64,000 nucleotides of DNA, taken from an uncultured Candidatus Entotheonella sp. (lineage in GTDB: Bacteria > Tectomicrobia > Entotheonellia > Entotheonellales > Entotheonellaceae). The translations under genes and the position numbers were made by a program. Below the pieces are notes generated by a model. It had not been told where the DNA came from. It searched no databases and saw only the letters and a program-made list of their open reading frames with translations. Within the stretch, counting starts at the first letter, position 1. Every line of letters begins with the position of its first letter. The stretch is taken from positions 3,808,001 to 3,872,000 of the forward strand of contig OZ244252.1 in NCBI GenBank assembly GCA_965217185.1, read 5' to 3'. Positions 1-7,713 of this stretch are shown piece by piece.

Positions 1-744
1 GCGGTTGAAAGGCAGGAACCACGAGGCCTTGCCCTGCAGGCGGGTGCAGAAGCGCATCTCGCTGTCATCGACCGCGAAGTGGGCCACGCAGCGCCCAAAC
101 TCGAACAGCCGCTCGTGCCAGTTGCGGTCCTTGCGGTACTGCTGCACCGCGTCGTCCGCCGTCTGCTTGGTCAGGCTGTTCTTGAGCTCGAAGGTGAAGA
201 CCGGCAGGCCGTTGATGAACAGCCCGATGTCCAGCGCCCGCTGGGTCTCGTCGCGGCTGTAGCGCAGTTGCCGGCTGACGGTGAAGCGGTTGTGCTCGAA
301 GCGTTCCCTGGCCGCCTCGTTGCCCGGCGACGGCGTGCCGTAGAACAAGTCCAGGTGGTGCGGTCCGTGCCGGACGCCGTGGCGCAGCACGTCGATGGTG
401 CCGCGCTTGGATACCTCGCCCTGCAGCCGCGCCAGGAACTTGCGTAGCGTCAGGCCGTCCTGACCCGGTAGGGGCGACGCATGCGTCGCCCCTACGCCGG
501 TTGATGCCATGTCGACAGCCTCTGCAACCTCGGGCTGGGTGGCCCGCAGGAAGGCGCGGAGTTGCACGATGTCGACGCAGTACTCGCGGTCGTAGTCATT
601 CGGGTTGCCGCCGCTCCAACCCACGCCGCCGTAGCCGGCGGGTGGTTCTGCTACGGTGCCCGATGCGGGTGGCTCGCACGGATGCCCGGCCAGCGCCGTG
701 CAGATAAGGCGTTCGAGGCCGCGTTCGGAGGTGTCGGTGGTCAT
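1..744 (-). CDS. hsdR: Type I restriction endonuclease subunit R, N-terminal part (runs off window)
   Basis: Manual translation from ATG at 744: MTTDTSERGLERLIC...FINGLPVFTFELKNSLTKQT...AHFAVDD...FLPFN, typical of HSDR_N; downstream of hsdM/hsdS. Confidence 0.92.
   Translation of the reverse strand, partial: MTTDTSERGLERLICTALAGHPCEPPASGTVAEPPAGYGGVGWSGGNPNDYDREYCVDIVQLRAFLRATQPEVAEAVDMASTGVGATHASPLPGQDGLTLRKFLARLQGEVSKRGTIDVLRHGVRHGPHHLDLFYGTPSPGNEAARERFEHNRFTVSRQLRYSRDETQRALDIGLFINGLPVFTFELKNSLTKQTADDAVQQYRKDRNWHERLFEFGRCVAHFAVDDSEMRFCTRLQGKASWFLPFNR
468..495. repeat. Perfect 28-bp GTAG-type palindrome (REP-like) inside hsdR
   Basis: GTAGGGGCGACGCATGCGTCGCCCCTAC is its own reverse complement. 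Confidence 0.9.
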
Positions 745-960
745 CTGGACGGCTCCAAGAGGTCCCCATCTCTCATGAGCAGAGCTCCTGTAGCCGTGAC
801 CTCTTCCGGCATACAGGCCCATTTATTCCGGTGTCTCGATGCAATGATGCGCATATGTCATTACTTCTTTACGAAATAGATTGGTATTTTTAGATACTAA
901 ATCCAGTTTTTGCCAGAAATTGTTAGCATATCGAAAATGGTGAAAAATCAAGTACTTAAT

Positions 961-2456
961 GAGCCACTTGCAAAACTCCGCTAGTTTGGCCTCGGAGCGG
1001 TTGTCATGAGACCGTACGGTGAATCATTTGCCGTCGGTGGTTCCAATTGCCACGAATTCAGCCATGGCGGTGCCGAGTTCCGGCTCCCGTCTTGCGATGC
1101 GGACGCAACTCTCCCCCCTGCGTACAGGACAGCAGCGCGTGCCGGGATGGAGGAAACGGGGCCGCGAGACCAGCTTCAGGTCACCAAGCGCATCAACTGA
1201 TCAACCGTGAGCGCCACAATCCCGAACATCAGATGACACAGCACCTTGGCATGGCCGCGCACGCGCACGCTGCGACCTCCGAATTCATCCTTGAGGCGAC
1301 CATTGACGCGCTCGACGGTCGAGCGTTCGTGGTAACGTCTCTCCTCAGACAGGACCAACCCACAGGCACGCCGTGCCTGCCTCTCCTGCCGCAGCGCCTG
1401 CTTGCGCGCGCCGCTGCGGGGGTTGACGTCGATGATCGCAACATGACCCAGGGCGCGGCTGTGGGCGCGGATTTCCGGGGCATCGTAGGCGCTGTCCATC
1501 AGGTCATACAGGTTGCGGACTCGCTCCGCCGTCAGGGTCGCCAGCGGGATGGCGACTTGGCTGTCGTGCAGCGACGCCGAGGTAAGCAGGCAACTGACCG
1601 GGATGGCGCCGTCGGCCGCGTCAATATGCAACTTGTAGCCGCTCCATGACGTCTGATAGCCCTTGGCGTCGCGCTTGACGCCAATGTCACAGGCGTACGG
1701 CAAGTCGGCGAGCATCTCCGGCAGGGTCATGTTGCGCTGGCGCTCCAGACGGCGCGGCTCCGTGGGGCGCTCCTCGCCCTTGCGCGGACGCCCGCGCCGC
1801 CGCTTCGGCTTGGCCGGCTGCGGCGCCTTCGGGGTCGGTCTCTCGCGCCCTTCAATCGCCGTCGAATCGCGTGAAATATGGCCTGCCAGACGCTCACCCT
1901 GGGTGCGTTTGATCAGCGCCTCGTGCAGGTGGCTCGGCAAGGCGCTGTCGGCAAATTCGGCAAAGGCACGTGAAAACGTCGCCTCGCTCGGAATGTGCTT
2001 GACGCTACGCCAGCCGCACAACCGGCGCAGGGTGCTGTCGTGGCGCAGACGATCAAGCAACATCCGGGTGCTAACCAGCGCGAAGACGGCCTTGGCGATG
2101 AAGGCGCGGGCTAAGGCCGCGCGGTCGCTTGGCGGACAGCCGCGACGCCGGTGCTGGTACGGCAGCAGCGTTTCCACCCGCACCCATTCGAGCACCATGA
2201 CGAAGCGCTGATGGCGTTCCCCCAGCGCCCCGATCGTTTCCTCAAGCTGCGGGAACAGCAGCGCTTGAAAGCAAGACCAGTAACTCGATAGTATCTCACG
2301 TAAGGCCATTGGGGTCGTTCCTCCTGATTCGGTTGTTTGACAACTCAACAGAATCAGAAAGCGGCCCCAATGTCCACCAATCAGCCCCAGAGCCTGCCCC
2401 GTGCTTGACACGGAGAAAGAAAATCCCACTCGTACACGCAATTCTGCAAGTGGCTC
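961..2456 (-). mobile_element. Insertion sequence (IS5/IS1182-like, about 1.5 kb)
   Basis: Terminal inverted repeats GAGCCACTTGCAAAACT (from 961) and GAGCCACTTGCAGAATT (reverse complement, ending 2456) flank a DDE transposase; no clear target duplication. Confidence 0.88.
1176..2309 (-). CDS. DDE transposase (IS5/IS4 superfamily)
   Basis: Motifs SRDSTAI, GYKLH, HDS, LMDSAYD, YHERSTVERVNGRLK. Confidence 0.9.
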   Translation of the reverse strand: MALREILSSYWSCFQALLFPQLEETIGALGERHQRFVMVLEWVRVETLLPYQHRRRGCPPSDRAALARAFIAKAVFALVSTRMLLDRLRHDSTLRRLCGWRSVKHIPSEATFSRAFAEFADSALPSHLHEALIKRTQGERLAGHISRDSTAIEGRERPTPKAPQPAKPKRRRGRPRKGEERPTEPRRLERQRNMTLPEMLADLPYACDIGVKRDAKGYQTSWSGYKLHIDAADGAIPVSCLLTSASLHDSQVAIPLATLTAERVRNLYDLMDSAYDAPEIRAHSRALGHVAIIDVNPRSGARKQALRQERQARRACGLVLSEERRYHERSTVERVNGRLKDEFGGRSVRVRGHAKVLCHLMFGIVALTVDQLMRLVT

Positions 2457-2459
2457 GCT

Positions 2460-2651
2460 TTATTGCGGATTATTTATTTTCGGATGCAATCCCAAATGAA
2501 CGATTACCTCATACCCTTCCTCTTCTGCTTTCTGGATAAGTTCTCCGTTTTCCAGTTGGCCCCATCCCTTCTCCGCGGACCTGTCCACCGCATGTTCTCG
2601 GAGATGTCTTTGGAGGGGTGCTGGGGTTCCATGATCGAACAGAATTTTCAT
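2460..2651 (-). pseudogene. Truncated PIN-like (DUF5615-type) toxin
   Basis: MKILFDHGTP...GWGQLENGELI..AEEEGYEVIV then breaks into unrelated sequence next to the IS; ATGA overlap with the DUF433 gene. Confidence 0.75.
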
Positions 2652-2875
2652 GTCCGGGCTGGCGCTTTGAGGTGTTCCGCTTCGTGCTTGAGGACAGCCG
2701 TGACCTGCCACTCCTTCACTTCGGGGAACCACTCCAGGAACTGATTCACGGTGGCCCCGCTCTCCAGGTTCTCAAACAGGGCGTATACCGGCACTCTTGC
2801 CCCGGTGAAGGCCCAAGCTCCGCTGATCTTCTTGGGGTTTCGTTCCACTGCTGGGCAGGTGCTCCAGTCCGTCAT
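2648..2875 (-). CDS. DUF433-family antitoxin
   Basis: SGAWAFTGARVPV..LFENLESGATV..FLEWFP, 75 aa. Confidence 0.85.
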   Translation of the reverse strand: MTDWSTCPAVERNPKKISGAWAFTGARVPVYALFENLESGATVNQFLEWFPEVKEWQVTAVLKHEAEHLKAPART

Positions 2876-4320
2876 GGGGTCACCTCACTTTCGATTGTGC
2901 ATTCTTCTGCCGGTTCCTCGGCGTCGCCGGGAACGTCTTCCTCAAGCAGTTCAGCCGCCGCCTCGCGCACGTCGAGCTTGCCGGTGACGACATCGGCGAT
3001 TAGGCGGGTGCGGTATTCGCGGAGGAGGTCGATTTCGTGTTTGGCATTTTCTCCTGCCTTCGCCAATGACACTAATTCACGTTCAATCCACCTGACAATT
3101 TGGTCTTGCTCACAGCGCGGTGGTAGGAGAATTGGGTAATTCTTCACATCGTCAAGCGAGAGACCATCCTTTGTTCCGCCGTAGAGACTCATCTGGCCAT
3201 GAGTCTGCCCCACCTCGGAGAGGAGTACGTAGCCGAGCCAACGGGAAGAAGATCCTGGAAGCGGCTTACAGCGGGCTACATGCTGGCTTACATAGGCTTC
3301 TTCAAAATCATCGGGAGCCACACCCACTGATCCGATATAGGCCGTAACCGAAACCAAAATGTCACCTGCATCAATATGTGTTCGAGTGACCTCCGACGTC
3401 TGCGGGAGATTCAGTCGCACCATGTCGTCGAAGCGTAATTTCAGCGAACCACGGCTGAGATTGGCGACACGGATGAACAGAGGCCCCATATCGGAGGCAT
3501 ATGATGACCAGCCTCGGGAACCTGTGGTGACTTCTGACACGACGTTCCTTAACCGACACCGTTCCCAATGCGCTGGCACGTCCTCCAGCCACTCGACGCC
3601 GGAGGGCTTGCAGGCCGGGTAGGGCTGGCCGGTGCGGACGTCGATCTGGCCGGTGACGGCTTGGTGGATGATGGCCTGCTTCTGCTCCTCCAGCAGCGCA
3701 ATCAGCTTCTGCTTGGCGCGGATGTAGCGCCGGATGCGCCGGTCGGCGTGGTCGAGGAAGCGGACGATGGCGGTCTGTTCGGAGAGGGGTGGCAGGGGGA
3801 GCCATACCGACTTGATGCCGGCGTGCGAGAGTCCATATCTCGTTACACCTTTCGCCTCGACATGGAACTGGTAGGCCAGCCCCTTGCTCTGCAAGGCACG
3901 CAGCAAGTAGGCGCCCGCAAGCGTGTCAAGTCGTGGGCGTAGCAAGGCCAAGTGATAGCCTGAAATAAGATCGGCCGCGGACTCTGTCACCAGTGCGGGT
4001 ACTCCAATGTCATTCCATGCCTCGGAGTCCTTGGTAATGAGGACGTCATCTTTCTCAAGCCGGAAACGCTCAATTTCCTCATGGGTAGCGGTTGCCCGCA
4101 TGAAGTCCATCCGCCCGTTGATGTAGTCATTCTTGTAGACATCAACATAGTTGCAAAGGCGGGCGGAAATCTCGTCGTCCTTTACGTGTTTGTCCACATT
4201 GCTCACTCGCATGTCGGCCACATAGCGAAGCCGCCGCACCTCCCAATGCGCCGGCACGTCGCCAAGCCATTCAACACCGGATGGCTTGTAGGCAGGGTAG
4301 GGTTTGAGGTTGACGGTCAT
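2872..4320 (-). CDS. hsdS: Type I RM specificity subunit S
   Basis: Two variable regions with repeated conserved segments (PYPAYKPSGVEWLGDVPAHWE / PYPACKPSGVEWLEDVPAHWE; PPLSEQ..IV; VTG+IDVR). Confidence 0.95.
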   Translation of the reverse strand: MTVNLKPYPAYKPSGVEWLGDVPAHWEVRRLRYVADMRVSNVDKHVKDDEISARLCNYVDVYKNDYINGRMDFMRATATHEEIERFRLEKDDVLITKDSEAWNDIGVPALVTESAADLISGYHLALLRPRLDTLAGAYLLRALQSKGLAYQFHVEAKGVTRYGLSHAGIKSVWLPLPPLSEQTAIVRFLDHADRRIRRYIRAKQKLIALLEEQKQAIIHQAVTGQIDVRTGQPYPACKPSGVEWLEDVPAHWERCRLRNVVSEVTTGSRGWSSYASDMGPLFIRVANLSRGSLKLRFDDMVRLNLPQTSEVTRTHIDAGDILVSVTAYIGSVGVAPDDFEEAYVSQHVARCKPLPGSSSRWLGYVLLSEVGQTHGQMSLYGGTKDGLSLDDVKNYPILLPPRCEQDQIVRWIERELVSLAKAGENAKHEIDLLREYRTRLIADVVTGKLDVREAAAELLEEDVPGDAEEPAEECTIESEVTP

Positions 4321-4431
4321 AGGTATTCACCGTTAATGCGGCAGGGCGACAACGATAACGCCATGCACATAGTTGGGCATGAGTCCCCAGGCACTTGTTT
4401 CCATCTATAGGCAAATCGAACCACGCGACGA

Positions 4432-4812
4432 TCAAAACGAACCATCGGGGCGCAGCAGCCATCCGCGAGACCTGGCGGCTTCTTTGAGACTGTCGGCCTT
4501 CCGTTTAATCGCGCTTCCACTAAATTCCGTGAAATCAATAACCGCATGTTCAGGAAAACGCGATGGTTCTGGTCTGACGAGAAGCCCAAGATTCCGACAG
4601 TCCGCCACTGTAACGGCTACGACGCCTGCCGAAGCGTGGCCCAAGTGATTCGTGAAGTGACACCAAGCTTCAACCGGCGTTATCTGGTCGCCATCGTAGA
4701 CGGACAGACGTTTCTCGTCTTTGCGTGTCGGCCGAAAAACCTGAGACGTAATTTCACCATTCTGAATCCACAGGGGATTGACCTGCCGGTATAGCAAGGT
4801 GTCGGCGTTCAT
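4432..4812 (-). CDS. Hypothetical protein, possible ADP-ribosyltransferase-like toxin
   Basis: 126 aa with LLYR...SQVFRP...LSV...EHAVI pattern; ATGA overlap with the upstream gene. Confidence 0.55.
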   Translation of the reverse strand: MNADTLLYRQVNPLWIQNGEITSQVFRPTRKDEKRLSVYDGDQITPVEAWCHFTNHLGHASAGVVAVTVADCRNLGLLVRPEPSRFPEHAVIDFTEFSGSAIKRKADSLKEAARSRGWLLRPDGSF

Positions 4813-5657
4813 GCTTCGCTTCCCGCCTTGTCGCGGATTTCCGTGACCAGCCATTCCCAGGCATCGGCCTCGTCCAGGTTCAACTGCTCTTCATGTTCTG
4901 CGTCCGAGTGGCGGTTGAACCACAGCCACTCAGCGTGATGACTGTGTAAATCAACCTCAAGGGTGATGGCGTTTGACCCCAACGACCATTCCATCTGCAC
5001 GCCACCCTCAGGGGTCGGATAGACGTGGGGTAAGGGCGCCTCATCGGGAAAGCGACGCTCGAACGTAGCGGCCAGCCAGTCCAGGCCGGTATTGCTTGGG
5101 GGCACGCCTTGCCCTTCAAGCCACCCGATGGTCATGGCACGAAACTCGTCCAGGCGCGCCGGAACATCCAAGGGGTCAAGCAGACTGAGTTGCTCGACCG
5201 ATTCCACGCCTACCAAGTGATTTTGTCGGTTGTATCTGCCGACCCCTTGGAGAAGCACCCGAGTGTTGTTCGAGTACCCGCTGAACGCCTCAACGACCGT
5301 ATCGAGATGCTGTTCGGGGATTGGGACGGCGAAGACCTTATGGCCGTTTATCGGCTGAAACTCGAACGTTCTTTTGTCTTGGTCCGCTGCGGGTATCCAG
5401 CCACGAAGTCGTACTTCCTCCGTAATTTCAGCGACACTCGATGCCAGAACCAACCGGCGCCGCGTCTCTCTGGTCAACCGAACCGGGGTGGAACGTTGGG
5501 AGGGCACAAATTCAATGAACTCGGCATCACGCAGACTTCGCCCCATGCGGTTGAAGCAGCCCAGATGTTTCTTCGGCAGGTGATCCGTGACCGGCATTGT
5601 TCTCGGCAGCCCCGACGGCGCCGATCGATGGAAGGGGTGAATCTTGGTCTCAGGCAA
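4809..5657 (-). CDS. Hypothetical protein (probably N-terminally truncated)
   Basis: 282-aa ORF with C-terminal GW...PHVYPTPEGGVQMEW motif; the 5' end abuts a Fic fragment. Confidence 0.6.
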   Translation of the reverse strand: MPETKIHPFHRSAPSGLPRTMPVTDHLPKKHLGCFNRMGRSLRDAEFIEFVPSQRSTPVRLTRETRRRLVLASSVAEITEEVRLRGWIPAADQDKRTFEFQPINGHKVFAVPIPEQHLDTVVEAFSGYSNNTRVLLQGVGRYNRQNHLVGVESVEQLSLLDPLDVPARLDEFRAMTIGWLEGQGVPPSNTGLDWLAATFERRFPDEAPLPHVYPTPEGGVQMEWSLGSNAITLEVDLHSHHAEWLWFNRHSDAEHEEQLNLDEADAWEWLVTEIRDKAGSEA

Positions 5658-5659
5658 CT

Positions 5660-5860
5660 CGGAGCTGGGATCTTGATCACCAGCGGCAGTCCCGTGTCGG
5701 CATGGATAAAGCGTTCCAGTTCCGACAGGTCCTGCGCGATCCGGGCGGGCGGAGGCGGGACGTAGACAGCTTCGTGAATCGTGCAGCCGGGCGGGCCGAT
5801 CCAGTTCTGTCTGGTCCGCAGTTGGCGCCGGCGTGAGACGGGAGTCCGCACGCCGCGCGT
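5660..5860 (-). pseudogene. Internal fragment of a Fic-family gene
   Basis: RQNWIGPPGC...YVPPPP...LERFIH..LPLVIK. Confidence 0.7.
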
Positions 5861-6023
5861 AAAGACTCGACTGTGTTCATCACTTCTCCTCCAAATCCAG
5901 AACACAGATAGGGCAAGGCTCCAATACGCCGTATCGGTCAACTATTCACAAATCCTGCAACGAACTCCGGGAGCCTTCAAGCGGACTCGCCAGGGCAGGA
6001 CCGTAAACAAGTCATACCTAGCC

Positions 6024-6765
6024 TCACGCCTCAGTTCCTTCATTGAGAATAGCAAGATACCCATCGTAGACAAACAGCCGGCCGCGGGGCTTGCCGGTCA
6101 GTTCACGCGCAATTCCCTGGTCAACGAGCAACTGCATCGCCGTGGCAGCGGTAGGGAAGGATAACGTCGTGTGGGCGCTGACCCCGGACAGGGACAGGAC
6201 CGGCCTTGCCTTCAGCGTCTCGTGTACGCGCAGGGCCGAGCCGGCGCGACGGCCGGCGCGGCGTTCGATCGTGGCCCGGTCCGACGCAAACAGTTCCACC
6301 ATGCGGCGGGACGCGGCCCACCGTACCCTCGGCTGTTGCCCGAACGCCTTCGAGGTAGAAGGCAAGCCAGGTTTCCCAATCGCCGGTGCGGCGCACATGA
6401 TTCAGCAGGTCGTAGTAATCGCTGCGGTGTTGCTTGAAGTAGAGGCTCAGGTACAGGAACAGTTGGCGCAGCACGCCCGCGTTGCACAGCATGAGGTCCG
6501 ACAGCGACGACTGCGTGCCCTCGATCCGCGAGGAGAGCACCGCCTCTTTGCGCACGTAGGCGTAGAGAAACAGCGCCTCGTCCGGCCGCAGCGTCGAGAT
6601 GGCGTCCAGCCGTCCGAGGGCGAGCGTCGCCGCTTCGAGCGTCCGCTGCAACGAGCCGTCCAGCACCAAGGCAGGGACCGGTGGCAGCGGCGCCGGCACG
6701 AAGGCGCAAACGGGCTCGCCGCCGCCGCTGGTGCTCTCATATGTGCCGATTTCTCCGCGTTGCAT
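6024..6765 (-). pseudogene. Fic-family protein with C-terminal HTH, internally deleted and frameshifted
   Basis: AFVPAPLPP, KEAVLSSRIEGTQSSL, LYLSLYFK..R..YY in one frame; RELTGKPRGRLFVY in another; the HPFxDGNGR motif is absent. Confidence 0.8.
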
Positions 6766-6808
6766 GCCGTATTGCCTTGTTCAGATTCTTTTAATGACGG
6801 ACAGCTCT

Positions 6809-6835
6809 GTTAAAATTCTACGGTAAAATTTTAAC
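6809..6835. promoter_or_regulatory. Inverted repeat, possible operator of the fic gene
   Basis: GTTAAAATT-N9-AATTTTAAC about 45 bp upstream of the fic start. Confidence 0.4.
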
Positions 6836-6899
6836 GAAGTCTCTATGCAGGGTTGGTCACAGATGGCCTGAGCCGCTTTCGCTCGCGCCGATGATCTCG

Positions 6900-7074
6900 T
6901 CCAGCAGCCCCTCGGGCTCCTGTTCCAGTGCCAGAATGTCGGCGTGGATTTCCGCCAGCGCGCGCATCGGCTGCGGCTTGTAGAAGTAGCGAATGAAGCT
7001 GATCTCGTAGCCGACCTTGACGCTGTCGGGCTGATACCAGGTGTCCGGCGCGTAGGGCAGGACCTCGCGGCGCA
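6900..7074 (-). repeat. Diverged duplicate of the hsdM 3' end (copy of 7760-7934)
   Basis: Ungapped alignment with 17 mismatches in 174 nt counted by eye; encodes RREVLPYAPD.WY.PDS.K.GYEISF.RYFYKP. Confidence 0.92.
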
Positions 7075-7147
7075 TCCTCTTCGTGAAACTACATGTCTTC
7101 GGCAGTCGCTCGGTCTCGCCAACAGCGAAGGCAGGCAATGCTGCTTC

Positions 7148-7423
7148 CTATGGTTTCTCCGTGAGCCTGCCGGACAAGTACTTGTGGATGACGCTCGACA
7201 GGAGCGTCTGATAGGGGATGCCTTCCTCTCGCGCTCGCGCATGGGCGAGGTTGAAGTCGCGTTCGGTCACCCGCAGGTTCACCCGTCGGGTCTTGTTGAA
7301 GGTGTTGCGGGCAGCCTGACGCGCCGTCTCCATCTCTTCTTCCGCATCGGCGCTGCTGAGCAGGTCGCCGCGCTCGAACTTCTCCAGGATCTCCCGCTCC
7401 TCGGCGTTCATAGGTCCACTCAT
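7148..7423 (-). CDS. Antitoxin (BrnA/CopG-like)
   Basis: RVNLRV...AREEGIPYQTLLSSVIHKY. Confidence 0.85.
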   Translation of the reverse strand: MSGPMNAEEREILEKFERGDLLSSADAEEEMETARQAARNTFNKTRRVNLRVTERDFNLAHARAREEGIPYQTLLSSVIHKYLSGRLTEKP

Positions 7424-7707
7424 GATGATGGCCTCCTCTGGTAGTCTCGCATCGCCTTGCGGCTGGGGATAATCGTCTTCAGGAATCTGGTGCCGTCTGT
7501 CTCGGTCGCGAAGGGCACGAGGTAGAGGTATTGCTCGGTGTCCACCACATAGATCATCTGCCCCGGATACCGCTTCTGATTGGGATGTTCCAACACGTCT
7601 ACGAGACCGCCCCGCTCGATCGCGGAGACAACGCTTTCGAACGAGACGCCGCGCTCTTCAACGAGTTGCCGATTCTTCTCCAAGTTCCAGTCAAAGCCAG
7701 CGACCAT
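7420..7707 (-). CDS. BrnT-family toxin
   Basis: FDWNLEKN..L..ERGVSFE...HPN...FLKTIIPSRK. Confidence 0.87.
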   Translation of the reverse strand: MVAGFDWNLEKNRQLVEERGVSFESVVSAIERGGLVDVLEHPNQKRYPGQMIYVVDTEQYLYLVPFATETDGTRFLKTIIPSRKAMRDYQRRPSS

Positions 7708-7713
7708 AAGCCA

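Noticed and set aside
3560..4310. Internal DNA repeats within hsdS
   Set aside because: Normal conserved regions of S subunits in direct orientation; no invertase or second hsdS to suggest a shufflon
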